A stretch of DNA of 64,000 nt from Alphaproteobacteria bacterium (GTDB taxonomy: Bacteria > Pseudomonadota > Alphaproteobacteria > SHVZ01): assembly GCA_009694025.1 (NCBI GenBank), contig SHVZ01000006.1:990-64989 (forward strand), in the 5' to 3' direction. This document shows positions 30,922 to 40,851 of the stretch, piece by piece. How positions within the stretch are numbered: the first letter of the stretch is position 1; each line of letters begins with the position of its first letter. The notes beneath the pieces were generated by a model that was given only the letters and a program-made list of their open reading frames with translations, was not told the origin of the DNA and did no database searches. Position numbers and translations under genes: made by a program.

Positions 30922-31140
30922 CTACTTGAAGCGGAAGGTGATGCGCCCCTTCGTCAGGTCGTACGGGGTCATCTCGACATTGACCCGGTCGCCGGCGAGG
31001 ACGCGGATTCGGTTCTTGCGCATGCGGCCCGAGGTGTGGGCCAGCACGATGTGGTCATTGTCGAGCTTCACCCGGAACATCGCATTGGGCAGAAGCTCGG
31101 TAACGGTGCCCGAAAACTCGATGACGTCTTCTTTCGGCAT
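30922..31140 (-). CDS. infA: Translation initiation factor IF-1
   Basis: MPKEDVIEF...LPNAMFRV...[15 protein letters not shown]. Confidence 0.97.
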   Translation of the reverse strand: MPKEDVIEFSGTVTELLPNAMFRVKLDNDHIVLAHTSGRMRKNRIRVLAGDRVNVEMTPYDLTKGRITFRFK

Positions 31141-31172
31141 GCAAACTCCACTGACGGGGCTGAAACCGCCGG

Positions 31173-31201
31173 AAAGTGGGCTCAAGTCCTCGGTCGGTCA
31201 A
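31173..31201 (-). promoter_or_regulatory. Putative sigma70 promoter of infA
   Basis: TTGACC, 17-nt spacer, CACTTT on the minus strand. Confidence 0.4.
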
Positions 31202-31286
31202 GGGGAAATGCCGACTCGCCGGGTGCCGGGAAAGCCCCGGTCGCCTCCCAGCGCCGACGCCGGCCCGATCGAGGAAGGTGCCACCT

Positions 31287-33137
31287 CTAGGTGCCGAACA
31301 GCCGTTTTGCCGCGGCCCCGCGCGAAGTCGGCGGCGCGCCCTCGCCGCCCCAACGGCGCCACTTCTCGGGAGAGATCGGCTCCGACGAGCGGAAGGCGAG
31401 GCCCGTCTCGCCCTCCAGGCCGCCACTCATGAACAACCGTTGCACGGCGCCGAAATCCGGATCATCGACCGCGACATCAATGGCCCAGGCGAGCGGAACC
31501 CCATCGGCGAGCAGGCTCGCCTGGAATGCCTGGAGACGCCTCGGGTCGTCACGGATCTGGCGCGGGGGCAGGCCCTGGTCGAGGGCGAAAGCCGCCAGCG
31601 CGCCCGCCGCCTCGCCGATGTTCCATTCGACCGGATGCAGGCGATAGCAGCCATTGGTGATGTGCGTGGTCCCGAGGTTCTTGGCGGCAGCGACGAGATT
31701 GCCGATCCGGATCGGGATGAGGGCGCCGAGCGGGATCTGAAAGGGTCGGGTGCGGCAGCTCACGCCGACATCGTCGGGGCCCGAGCTATGGATGTCGATC
31801 GGGTACCAGCCGACCCCGACCGAGTCCGCGAAATGCGCCGCGCGCGGGCCAGGCTGGAACGCCGCCGACACTTCCTGCTCGACGATCGTCTTGATCGCAC
31901 AGATGCGCCGGCTCTCGCGGATATACGGAAACTTGGAGAGGCCATCGGCGGTGCCCATGATGTCCGGACGGAGCCGAAGCTCAGGTGCGCCGAGGCGCTC
32001 GCCGGTCGCCGGCGCCTCGGTCTGCAGCCAATGGAGGAAGCCGAGGCTGACGCGTTTGGCGTCTTGCAGCGCCGCGGCGACCTCGAGCGGAGGCCGGTCG
32101 ATGACGCCGGCGTCGCGATAGTCGTTCCCCGGCCAGTTGATCATGGTCAGGTCCGCCGGAAACGCGGCGCCGAACTGCGCGGCATCGATCAGCCGGCGGT
32201 AGGTCCAGAGGGCGCCCTTGGTCCCCGGCATGGTGTCGAAGATCTTGTAGGCGAGCCAGCCGCTCTCCTCGCCGTAGATCTCGCCGCCATGCACTTGGAT
32301 GCGCAGACTGTAGGGCTGTCGGTCGCGGAAATGCGCGTAGCGCGCCGGGGCCGGGATCGCGTGGCGCTCTCCCATAGGCCGCCGCTCCAGACCGAAGGTG
32401 TAGGTGAAGCTCTGCACGCAATGTGCCTTGGCCTCCTCCGGCTGCGCATGCGCTTCGCCGGTTTCGGCAACCGTTTCGGCGCCGCTCCGGTACTCCGCGC
32501 CCGTGAGGGGCAGCATGTCGCCAAGCTCGGTCGCATCCAGGACGATCTCGGGTTGGAATCGCCAGGCGGTGGGCTGCTCCAGCGATACGGCCGTGATCGA
32601 GACGATACGATCACCATCCACGCTCGCCGCCGCGACCTTGTGGCGGAGATAGACGCTCAGCAGTCCCTGCTCGATGAACGGCCTCAGCATCGTTTCGATC
32701 GCGGCGACGCCGGCGCGCGGCTCGAAGGCGACGCGCGTGACCCAGCAGTTACCGGGATTGAACGTCGGCTGTCGTCCGGCGGCGCCGGCTTGGAGCCGAT
32801 AGTGATCGCGAAGCGCCGAGCGGAGCCGATAGTACGAGGCGGTTCCGCCGAAGCTCTCGATGTGCTCATGCTCGTCCAGCGCCGCCACGCCCTGCGCGGT
32901 CAGCTGCCCGCCGAGCCAGTCGGTCTCCTCGATCAGGCAGACGCGCCGCCCCCGCCGCGCCGCCGCCAGGGCCGCGGCCACCCCGCCGGTCCCGCCGCCG
33001 ACGATCAGCACCTCGCAATCGACATCGGCCACCGCATCGAGCCCGGTGACCGCGACCAGCGCAATCGCCGGATCGCCCGCGGCCGGCACCCGCATGACGT
33101 CGACCAGCGTGTCGAGCTTCCGTTCGATGGCGGCCAT
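31287..33137 (-). CDS. FAD-dependent oxidoreductase (FAD_oxidored-like)
   Basis: VGGGTGGVAAA, WLGGQLTAQG, DATELGD, PYIRESRR, YRLHPVEWNIG. Confidence 0.85.
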   Translation of the reverse strand: MAAIERKLDTLVDVMRVPAAGDPAIALVAVTGLDAVADVDCEVLIVGGGTGGVAAALAAARRGRRVCLIEETDWLGGQLTAQGVAALDEHEHIESFGGTASYYRLRSALRDHYRLQAGAAGRQPTFNPGNCWVTRVAFEPRAGVAAIETMLRPFIEQGLLSVYLRHKVAAASVDGDRIVSITAVSLEQPTAWRFQPEIVLDATELGDMLPLTGAEYRSGAETVAETGEAHAQPEEAKAHCVQSFTYTFGLERRPMGERHAIPAPARYAHFRDRQPYSLRIQVHGGEIYGEESGWLAYKIFDTMPGTKGALWTYRRLIDAAQFGAAFPADLTMINWPGNDYRDAGVIDRPPLEVAAALQDAKRVSLGFLHWLQTEAPATGERLGAPELRLRPDIMGTADGLSKFPYIRESRRICAIKTIVEQEVSAAFQPGPRAAHFADSVGVGWYPIDIHSSGPDDVGVSCRTRPFQIPLGALIPIRIGNLVAAAKNLGTTHITNGCYRLHPVEWNIGEAAGALAAFALDQGLPPRQIRDDPRRLQAFQASLLADGVPLAWAIDVAVDDPDFGAVQRLFMSGGLEGETGLAFRSSEPISPEKWRRWGGEGAPPTSRGAAAKRLFGT

Positions 33138-33224
33138 CGTTGTCGCTCCTCGCAGCCGCTTCGATATACTCATAATCGGCTTGGCGGGCGATCCCGACCC
33201 GACGAGCGTCGTGCCGTCGCTGCC

Positions 33225-33671
33225 TCAGCCGATAACGGGCATCCGGCTCGGCGGGAAGCGCTCCCGGATGCGCCGGACAAGATGGTCGCGGACGTCCTGG
33301 TAGGCAGCGAGCCGCGCCTCGCGCGTGCCCTCGGCGATGGTCGGATCGAAGGTCGGCCAGTACTCGACCTCGCAGGCCATGATCCGGGTCATTTCGATGG
33401 CGCGATGATGCGCCTCGGGCGACAGACTCACCACCACGTCGAAGGAAGTGTCGGCGAGAGCGTCGAAGGCTTTCTGGCGGTGGCGAGAGATGTCGACGTC
33501 GATCTCGCGCATGACCTCGACGGCGAAGGGGTCGACGTCGAGGCCGCGCACCCCGACCGAGTCGACGAAAATCCGATTCCCGTGCAGGTGCTTGAGATAG
33601 CCTTCGGCCATCGGCGAGCGCACCGCGTTCTGGGTACAGGCGAAGAGGACCGCAGAAGGAAGCGCCGGCAT
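33225..33671 (-). CDS. Low-molecular-weight phosphatase/ArsC family protein
   Basis: CTQNAVRSPMAE (CX5R), WPTFDP. Confidence 0.9.
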   Translation of the reverse strand: MPALPSAVLFACTQNAVRSPMAEGYLKHLHGNRIFVDSVGVRGLDVDPFAVEVMREIDVDISRHRQKAFDALADTSFDVVVSLSPEAHHRAIEMTRIMACEVEYWPTFDPTIAEGTREARLAAYQDVRDHLVRRIRERFPPSRMPVIG

Positions 33672-33675
33672 CCTC

Positions 33676-34161
33676 CTAGACCCGGAAATGGAGCGCGCAG
33701 ATGAGGGTGAAAAGCCGCCGCGCGGTGTCCAGATCGAGAACGACCTTGCCGGCGAGACGCTCGGTCAGGATCTCCGACCCCTCGTTGTGGAGCGCGCGCC
33801 GGCCCATGTCGATCGCTTCCATCTGGCTCGGGTTCGCCTGCCGGATCGCTGCGTAGTAGCTGTCGCAGAGGGTGAAGTAGTCCTTGATCACCCGCCGGAA
33901 CGGATCGAGCGAGAGGCCGATCACCTGCAGGGGACGGCCCTCGCCGGTCCCACCGCCGGAGAGGATGTCCAGCATCAGCCGGTTCTCTTCGACGAAGAAG
34001 CGGAGGTGGTAAGGGCCCCGGTGGCCGCCGGCCAGCTCGAAACGGTTGCTCTCGAGCAGGTCGCGGACGGCGACCGCACGCTCGCGGTCGATCTCGGGCC
34101 CGCGCCGGGCAATGCTTGTTTCGTCGAGCGAGATGCGGGCGATGCGGCCGGACCCGGGCAT
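33676..34161 (-). CDS. UPF0262 family protein
   Basis: ERAVAVRDLLE, IKDYF, IDMGRRALHNEGS, TARRLFTL. Confidence 0.9.
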   Translation of the reverse strand: MPGSGRIARISLDETSIARRGPEIDRERAVAVRDLLESNRFELAGGHRGPYHLRFFVEENRLMLDILSGGGTGEGRPLQVIGLSLDPFRRVIKDYFTLCDSYYAAIRQANPSQMEAIDMGRRALHNEGSEILTERLAGKVVLDLDTARRLFTLICALHFRV

Positions 34162-34167
34162 GGCCGA

Positions 34168-35463
34168 TCAGCGACGGTTGAGGCGGATCGAAACCGAGCG
34201 GGCATGGGCCGGCAGCCCCTCGGCCGCGGCCAGCCGGATCGCGGCCGGCCCAATGCGGGCAAGCGCGCCGGCGGTGCAGCCGATCACGGTCGTGCGTTTG
34301 AGGAAGTCGAAGACCGAGAGTCCGGAGGAGAAGCGGGCGGTGCGCGAGGTCGGCAGCACATGGTTCGGGCCGGCGACGTAGTCGCCGATCGCCTCAGGCG
34401 TGTGACGCCCGAGGAAGATCGCGCCGGCGTGACGGACCCGGGCGGCGAAGGCCTTCGGTTCGACGATGGCGAGCTCAAGGTGCTCGGGCGCGATGCGGTC
34501 GACCAGCGACGGCGCGTCGTCGAGCGTGCGGACGAGGATGGTGGCGCCGTGCCGCTCCCAGCTCGTACGTGCGACCTCCGGCTTGGCCAGGGTCCGAAGC
34601 TGCCCCTCGACGGCGACGACGACCGCGTCGATGAACCCGGCGTCGTCGCCGATCAGCACGGATTGCGCGTCGGGGTCGTGCTCGGCCTGGGACAGAAGGT
34701 CCGCGGCGATCCAGGCGGGGTCGTTGTCCCGGTCGGCGACCACCAGGATCTCGGACGGGCCGGCGATCGAGTCGATGCCGACACGGCCGAAGACCATGCG
34801 CTTGGCGGTCGCCACGTAGGCGTTGCCGGGACCGACGATCTTGTCGACGGCGGCGATCGTCGCGGTGCCGTAGGCGAGCGCGCCGATCGCCTGGGCCCCG
34901 CCGACGCGATAGATCTCGCCGACACCGGCGAGCTTCGCCGCTGCCAACACCAGCGGATTGACGACGCCGTCCGGCGTCGGCACCACCATGGCGATCCGTC
35001 CGACCTCGGCGACTCTGGCCGGAATCGCATTCATCAGGACCGAGCTCGGATAAGCGGCGCGGCCGCCCGGGACGTAGAGGCCGACAGACTCGAGCGGCTT
35101 CCAGGCGAGCCCGAGGGAGACGCCGTCCTCGTCCTCGAAGTCGAGGTCGATGGGCACCTGCCGGCGATGGAAGGCCTCGATACGTCCGGCGGCGAGCGCG
35201 AGCGCGTCCGCGGTCTCCCGGGGCACGCTCGCCGCCGCGCCGTCGATCTCCGCCTGGGAGAAGCGAAGGCCTACAGCCTCCAGCTCGAGCCGGTCGAAGC
35301 GCCGGGTGAAATCGAGGAGCGCCCGGTCGCCGCGGGTGCGCACGTCATGCAGGATGTCGCCGACGACCGCCGAGACGTCGTCGGTCACCGCCTCGCGGTC
35401 GGCCAGCAACGTCTCGAAATCGGCGGCGAAGCCGGGCGAGGAGGCGTCAAGCCGCCTTGGCAT
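34168..35463 (-). CDS. hisD: Histidinol dehydrogenase
   Basis: [39 protein letters not shown]. Confidence 0.96.
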   Translation of the reverse strand: MPRRLDASSPGFAADFETLLADREAVTDDVSAVVGDILHDVRTRGDRALLDFTRRFDRLELEAVGLRFSQAEIDGAAASVPRETADALALAAGRIEAFHRRQVPIDLDFEDEDGVSLGLAWKPLESVGLYVPGGRAAYPSSVLMNAIPARVAEVGRIAMVVPTPDGVVNPLVLAAAKLAGVGEIYRVGGAQAIGALAYGTATIAAVDKIVGPGNAYVATAKRMVFGRVGIDSIAGPSEILVVADRDNDPAWIAADLLSQAEHDPDAQSVLIGDDAGFIDAVVVAVEGQLRTLAKPEVARTSWERHGATILVRTLDDAPSLVDRIAPEHLELAIVEPKAFAARVRHAGAIFLGRHTPEAIGDYVAGPNHVLPTSRTARFSSGLSVFDFLKRTTVIGCTAGALARIGPAAIRLAAAEGLPAHARSVSIRLNRR

Positions 35464-36121
35464 CGGTGCCCGCGGCGGCGCGGAAGCGCTCGAGCCAATG
35501 GCGGATCTGCTCGCTGCGGGTCTTGAAGGCCGAGCGATTGACGGCGAAGCGGGTGGTGACGTCGGCGATGTGCTCGACCTCGACCAGGCCGTTCTCACGA
35601 AGCGTGCGGCCGGAGGCGACAAGGTCGACGATGCGCCGACAGAGTCCGAGCGACGGCGCCAGCTCCAGGGCTCCATTGAGCTTGATGCATTCGGCCTGCA
35701 CGCCGCGCCTGGCGAAATGCCGGCGGGTGATCTCCGGATACTTGGTGGCGATGCGCAGATGGCTCCAGCGCTGCGGGTCCTCGGTCTGCGCCAGATCCTT
35801 GGCCTCGGCGACGGCGAGCCGACACTTGCCGATGCCGAGGTCGAGCGGCGTGTAGATCTCCGAATAGTTGAACTCCGTCAGCACGTCGGAGCCGGCGAGC
35901 GCCATGTGAGCGGCGCCGAAGGCGAGGAACGTGGCGACGTCGAAGGAGCGGACCCGGATGATCGAGAGTCCGGGAACATTGGTCTGGAAATGGAGCTGAC
36001 GCGACTCTTCGTCGGCGAAGGCGGCCTCCGGCTCGATGCCGGCCGCCCGGACCACCGGCATCGCTTCGGTGAGGATGCGGCCCTTGGGAACGGCGAGGAC
36101 GAGGGAGTCGGCGGCAGCCAT
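35447..36121 (-). CDS. hisG: ATP phosphoribosyltransferase, short form
   Basis: [34 protein letters not shown]; 224 aa. Confidence 0.95.
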   Translation of the reverse strand: MAAADSLVLAVPKGRILTEAMPVVRAAGIEPEAAFADEESRQLHFQTNVPGLSIIRVRSFDVATFLAFGAAHMALAGSDVLTEFNYSEIYTPLDLGIGKCRLAVAEAKDLAQTEDPQRWSHLRIATKYPEITRRHFARRGVQAECIKLNGALELAPSLGLCRRIVDLVASGRTLRENGLVEVEHIADVTTRFAVNRSAFKTRSEQIRHWLERFRAAAGTDAKAA

Positions 36122-36124
36122 GGG

Positions 36125-36565
36125 TCAGCCCTTGTGCGCCGGCCGGAAGATCGTCGGCCACGCTTCGCCGAAGTCGTCGAGTCGGCAGGCGAGCTTCTCG
36201 ACCTCGAGCCGGATGGCGGCGTCGCCGGAGAACAGCAAGTCGACGACCCCCTCACCGGCTTCCATGGCGAGAAGGGCGAGGATGCGATCGCCGTCCCCTT
36301 GATCGAGGCCGCGCCGGCGGACGCGGGTGACGTTGTCGAAGATCACCGCCGTGGTGATGCGCTCGCCGCCGCCGGCACCTGCCCCCCGGTCGCTTTCCCA
36401 GCGGTAGCGGCTGGCGGCCAGCATGAAGTGCTTGTCTTCCGGAAAAAAGCGCATGTCGACGACCGGTACGGCGGCATCCTGGAGCGCTGCCGACAGGATC
36501 GCCAGATCGTCGGCGTCCTCGGCACGGAGCTTGAGCGGCTTGTCGGTCACGATACCGGCGCTCAC
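36125..36565 (-). CDS. DUF2948 family protein
   Basis: [21 protein letters not shown]...RYRWE...RLDDFGEAW; lies between murA and his genes; start uncertain. Confidence 0.85.
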   Translation of the reverse strand: MSAGIVTDKPLKLRAEDADDLAILSAALQDAAVPVVDMRFFPEDKHFMLAASRYRWESDRGAGAGGGERITTAVIFDNVTRVRRRGLDQGDGDRILALLAMEAGEGVVDLLFSGDAAIRLEVEKLACRLDDFGEAWPTIFRPAHKG

Positions 36566-37860
36566 TCGTCGGCGGCAACGGCGGGCCGGACGCGCTCGAT
36601 CGCCGCGCCGCAGGCGCCGAGCTTCTCTTCGATCCGCTCGTAGCCGCGGTCGAGGTGATAGACCCGGTTGACCTCGGTCACGCCTTCGGCGGCGAGCCCG
36701 GCGAGCACCAGCGACACCGAGGCGCGGAGGTCGGTTGCCATCACCGGCGCGCCGTTCAGCTTCTTGACGCCGCGGACCAGCGCCGAGGACTGGTGTACGG
36801 TGATGTTGGCGCCCATGCGCGACAGCTCGGGCACGTGCATGAAACGATTCTCGAAGATCGTCTCGGTGATCATCGAGGCGCCCTCGGCGACCGTCATCAG
36901 CGTCATGAACTGCGCCTGGAGGTCGGTCGGGAAGCCGGGATAGGGCTCGGTGATCACATCGGTGCCGATGACGCCGTTGGAGCCGGAGACGCGCACGCCC
37001 TCGGCCGTGGCCGTCACCGCGACCCCGGCCTCGGCGAGCTGCTTCGCCAGCGCCTCGATCATGGCAAGCTTGACGCCGACCAGCTCGACGTCGCCGCCGG
37101 TGATGGCGGCGGCGATGGCGTAGGTGCCGGCCTCGATGCGATCGGCGACCACGGGATAGGTGGTGCCGGCAAGGTTTTTTTGCCCGTGGATGCGGATGGT
37201 ATCGGATCCGGCGCCGTCGATCTCGGCCCCCATCGCCTTGAGGCAACGGCAAAGATCGACGACCTCGGGCTCGCGCGCGGCGTTGACCAGAACGGTCTCG
37301 CCCTCGGCCAGCGCCGCCGCCATCACCAGGTTCTCGGTGGCACCGACGGAAACCGACGGGAAGACGTAGCGGCCGCCCTTGAGGCCGCCGGGGGCACGCG
37401 CCTCGATGTAGCCCTGTTGCAGGTCGATCTCGGCGCCGAGCGCCTGCAAGCCCTTCAGATGGAGGTCGACCGGCCGGGCACCGATGGCGCAGCCGCCCGG
37501 GAGCGAGACGCGGGCCTTCCCGGTGCGGGCGACCAGCGGCCCCAGCACCAGGACCGAGGCCCGCATCTTGCGAACGAGGTCATATGGCGCCGTGGTGTTG
37601 GTGATCTCGCCTGCTGTCAGCTTGAGCGCCCGGCCGGTGTGGCCGCCGGAGGCGTGGCCGTCCATGCCGATCTCGACCCCGTGCTGGGCCAAGAGCGTCG
37701 CCAGCGTCGAGATGTCCGCCAGATGCGGCAGGTTGACGAGGGTCAGCGTGTCCTCGGTGAGGAGGCTGGCGCACATCAGCGGTAGAGCGGCGTTCTTTGC
37801 GCCCGAGATCGGGATGCGGCCGGAGAGCCGCCGGCCGCCCTGGATGCGGATCTTGTCCAC
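36562..37860 (-). CDS. murA: UDP-N-acetylglucosamine 1-carboxyvinyltransferase
   Basis: [37 protein letters not shown]; GTG start. Confidence 0.96.
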   Translation of the reverse strand: MDKIRIQGGRRLSGRIPISGAKNAALPLMCASLLTEDTLTLVNLPHLADISTLATLLAQHGVEIGMDGHASGGHTGRALKLTAGEITNTTAPYDLVRKMRASVLVLGPLVARTGKARVSLPGGCAIGARPVDLHLKGLQALGAEIDLQQGYIEARAPGGLKGGRYVFPSVSVGATENLVMAAALAEGETVLVNAAREPEVVDLCRCLKAMGAEIDGAGSDTIRIHGQKNLAGTTYPVVADRIEAGTYAIAAAITGGDVELVGVKLAMIEALAKQLAEAGVAVTATAEGVRVSGSNGVIGTDVITEPYPGFPTDLQAQFMTLMTVAEGASMITETIFENRFMHVPELSRMGANITVHQSSALVRGVKKLNGAPVMATDLRASVSLVLAGLAAEGVTEVNRVYHLDRGYERIEEKLGACGAAIERVRPAVAADE

Positions 37861-37967
37861 GGTGGAAAGCCTTGAAACCTGAAAGTGATATTGCTCGTCG
37901 TTGTAGCGGACGCCCGTCCCGTCCACAAGCGAACCGGGCTCGAAACGATCGCAACGTCACACGGACC

Positions 37968-38960
37968 CTAGAATCGGTCGGTCGGGATCCGGATGTGGAC
38001 GGAGCCGTCGGCCTCGGGCGGCGGGAATCGGCCGGCCCGCATGTTGACCTGCACCGATGGCAGAATGAGGGCGGGCATCGTGAGCTGCGCGTCCCGCGCG
38101 CGCCGGAGCGCGACGAACTGGGCCTCGCCCATCCCGTCCTTGAGGTGGATGTTGGTCTCGCGCTGCGCCCCGACGCTGGTTTCCCAGACATAGCGGTCGC
38201 GACCGGGCGCCTTGTAGTCGTGGCAGAGGAACATGCGGGTCTCGGCCGGAAGCGCCAGAAGCCGGCGGGCCGAGCGGTAGAGAATCGCCGGGTCGCCGTC
38301 GGGAAAGTCGCAGCGGGCGGAGCCGTAGTCCGGCATGAACATGGTATCGCCGACGAAGATGGCATCGCCGATCCGATACGTGACGCAGGCCGGCGTGTGC
38401 CCGGGCGTGTGCGCCACCTCGATCGTGAGCCTCCCGAGCGCCGCCCGGTCGCCGTCGGCGAAGAGCCGGTCGAACTGGGAGCCGTCGGGTATCAGGTCCC
38501 AGGCGCCGAACAGCGGCCGGAAGGTCTTCTGGACGACGGCGACGCCGGCGCCGATGCCGATCGGCGCGCCGGTCGCCCGCTTCAGGTGCTGGGCCGCCGA
38601 CAGGTGATCGGCATGAACATGGGTCTCGAGGATCCAGACGACCTTGAGGTCCCGCGCTTTGGCCGCCGCCAGCACCTGGTCGGCGGCGGTCGTCCGCGTG
38701 CGCCCGGATGCGCCGTCATAGTCGAGAACGGAGTCGATGATGGCGGCATCGCCGCTCGCGGGGTCGGCGACGAGATATGTCGCGGTGAAGCTCGGCTCAT
38801 GGAAGAAGCAGGTGACGTCGGGGGGCGACGCGTCCGACGCGTCGGCCCGGGCACGGGCTTGCTCCTTCCGCTTCTTCAGGTTCTGGCGCAATGCCTCGGC
38901 CTGCCGCCGATCGCGCGCCGCCGCCGCCGAGGTCGAACTCTTCCCTCTTTCTGCCGCCAT
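37968..38960 (-). CDS. MBL-fold persulfide dioxygenase (ETHE1/Blh-like) with fused basic N-terminal module
   Basis: ETHVHADH, PGHTPAC, GDTMFMPDYGSARCDFP, CHDY, PSVQVNMRAG. Confidence 0.88.
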   Translation of the reverse strand: MAAERGKSSTSAAAARDRRQAEALRQNLKKRKEQARARADASDASPPDVTCFFHEPSFTATYLVADPASGDAAIIDSVLDYDGASGRTRTTAADQVLAAAKARDLKVVWILETHVHADHLSAAQHLKRATGAPIGIGAGVAVVQKTFRPLFGAWDLIPDGSQFDRLFADGDRAALGRLTIEVAHTPGHTPACVTYRIGDAIFVGDTMFMPDYGSARCDFPDGDPAILYRSARRLLALPAETRMFLCHDYKAPGRDRYVWETSVGAQRETNIHLKDGMGEAQFVALRRARDAQLTMPALILPSVQVNMRAGRFPPPEADGSVHIRIPTDRF

Positions 38961-38970
38961 GCCATCCCCC

Positions 38971-40296
38971 TCACTCAGCGAAGCGGAACGGCAGCATCGC
39001 CAGCGCGCGGTCGAGCTTCGCCTGCATGTCGGCGAGATCGCGGCCGCCGATATTGATGAGGCCGTGGCGGAAGCTGTAGCTGTCCTGGGGCAGTTCCGAC
39101 AAGCGCATTCCGGGCACCGCGCGGATCATCACGACGGTGTCCGGAATCTCACGGCCGACCCGGGCGATGTCCTCGTCGGAGGGAATGGCGAGGACGAGGC
39201 GATCGGTGAACCCGCGGAGCACGAAGCTCGCCGCCGCCCGATAGCGTCCCTGGCGCCGTCCGTGGTCCGGCCGCCGCCCGCAGGCGAGGTCCATGAGGAT
39301 TCGATAGGTGTTGATGCCGTCGACCTTCTCGAACAGGTCGGCGAACTGCATCGACAGCCGGTTGTTGACCTCGATCACCATGGGCGCCTTGCGCCTCGGG
39401 TCCCAGAAGAACTCGATGTTGAAGAGCCCGTGGTCGAAGCCGAGGCCGGGCATCAGCTTGCGGGCGATGTCGGCCATCTGCTCCTGGACCTTGATGGGCA
39501 GCGACGACGGGTACTGAAAGCGCTTGAAGCTGACCTTGTTGGCGAATCGGAGGGAGTCGACGACGCCGAGCACCGTCACCTCGCCGCCTTGAACGTAGCC
39601 GTCGAGGGTGCACTGGATGCCACCCAGCAGTTCCTCGGCCAGCATCCACTGCCGGCCGCGGGCGAGTTCGGCGGGCGGATGGGCGTCCGCGCTCATCTCG
39701 AGGAAGGAGCCGAGGAACGGCGGCAACTTCTCCACCGCCGCGGCCAGAGCCTGGCGATAGGCCGGTGCATCGGCGATGCGGAATCCCAGGTAGGAGAGGT
39801 AGGACTTGATCGGCTTCAGCCAGAACGGGCGGCCGACGCCGAGCGCCTCCAGGTCGACCGGGCGGTCGAGGTCGACCAGCGCGAAGCGCGGGGTCGCTTC
39901 CGGCACCAGGCGCTGCTGCAGCATCCGACTCCAGCCTTTGTGCTCGCAGCGGACGGCGGCGGTGAAGTCGAGGCCAGGGAGGCCGAGGTGGCGGGAAATC
40001 GCCGGCACCATGAGGCTCGGCGGGAAATCCTCGACCCCGATCACCCCTTCGATGCGGGAATTCGCCCGGGCGAAGGCGACGGCGCGGCCGATGTAGTCCC
40101 GCGGCCTGCAGGAGTAGGGATCGGCGGCCTCCTCGTAGGTGCCGACCTCCAGGAGCTCCAGCGCCGCAGTCCCGGCCAGCCGCTGGAGCTGCGCGCGGTC
40201 CTCGTCGCCGACCCCGACGGCGAGAAGCGTCGCGATCGGAGCCTGCGAGTGGCGGGCCGTAGTGGCGTTGGCTTGATCGGGGGCGTCCGGATCCAT
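38971..40296 (-). CDS. ATP-grasp domain protein (amino acid/peptide ligase-like)
   Basis: CEHKGWSR, FWLKPIKS, AEELL, FNIEFF, IEVNNR; start uncertain. Confidence 0.8.
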   Translation of the reverse strand: MDPDAPDQANATTARHSQAPIATLLAVGVGDEDRAQLQRLAGTAALELLEVGTYEEAADPYSCRPRDYIGRAVAFARANSRIEGVIGVEDFPPSLMVPAISRHLGLPGLDFTAAVRCEHKGWSRMLQQRLVPEATPRFALVDLDRPVDLEALGVGRPFWLKPIKSYLSYLGFRIADAPAYRQALAAAVEKLPPFLGSFLEMSADAHPPAELARGRQWMLAEELLGGIQCTLDGYVQGGEVTVLGVVDSLRFANKVSFKRFQYPSSLPIKVQEQMADIARKLMPGLGFDHGLFNIEFFWDPRRKAPMVIEVNNRLSMQFADLFEKVDGINTYRILMDLACGRRPDHGRRQGRYRAAASFVLRGFTDRLVLAIPSDEDIARVGREIPDTVVMIRAVPGMRLSELPQDSYSFRHGLINIGGRDLADMQAKLDRALAMLPFRFAE

Positions 40297-40458
40297 GGCG
40301 GTTGAGTTCCTCGAGGACGACATCCCCGCGTCCGGCATTGTCGCCGACCGCCCGGACAACCGGAAGGGGGTCGCGCCACGAAATCCCCACAATTGCGTCA
40401 TGCCGGGGTCACTGAGGTTCGTTAAACTTTTTATCAGCGACAAAACAGGAGATCGGCG

Positions 40459-40599
40459 ATGGCGGCGATGATGGTGACATGGGGGCTAGCACTGGCACTG
40501 GCGCTGGCGCTGTTGTGGATCGCCGCAGGATACTTGGGCCGCTTCATCGACCGTTCGATCGACCGCAACCTTCCGGACCCGCGCTGGTTCGAAGCCTGA
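40459..40599 (+). CDS. Small 46-aa single-TM protein (below the ORF-track cutoff)
   Basis: AGGAG 7 nt upstream of the ATG; MAAMMVTWGLALALALALLWIAAGYLGRFIDRSIDRNLPDPRWFEA. Confidence 0.6.
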   Translation: MAAMMVTWGLALALALALLWIAAGYLGRFIDRSIDRNLPDPRWFEA

Positions 40600-40714
40600 T
40601 CACCCCTTGGGCGGGCCGGTGCAGGCCTCCGCCCTTGCACGCCCCGCCCCCCTGTGGCATGGAAGCGCCCGCCCGGCGCGCCCACTTAAAAGGCCGTCGG
40701 CGCTCCTTAGCGTC

Positions 40715-40789
40715 GCCGCCTTAGCTCAGTGGTAGAGCGCACCCTTGGTAAGGGTGAGGTCGACAGTTCAATCCTGTCAGGCGGCACCA
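40715..40789 (+). tRNA. tRNA-Thr (GGT)
   Basis: Acceptor GCCGCCT/AGGCGGC-ACCA; D arm AGCTCAGTGGTAGAGC; anticodon arm CACCC-TTGGTAA-GGGTG; T loop GTTCAATC. Confidence 0.97.
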
Positions 40790-40851
40790 GCGCTCTCGTC
40801 AGCCCAGATAGTCAAAAGATTTGAACGGCCGACCATGGTTCGGGGCCGCCT

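Noticed and set aside
38971-40599. Graspetide RiPP cluster (ATP-grasp plus short peptide)
   Set aside because: The peptide looks like a TM helix without typical core motifs, and the ligase does not look RimK/MvdD-like.
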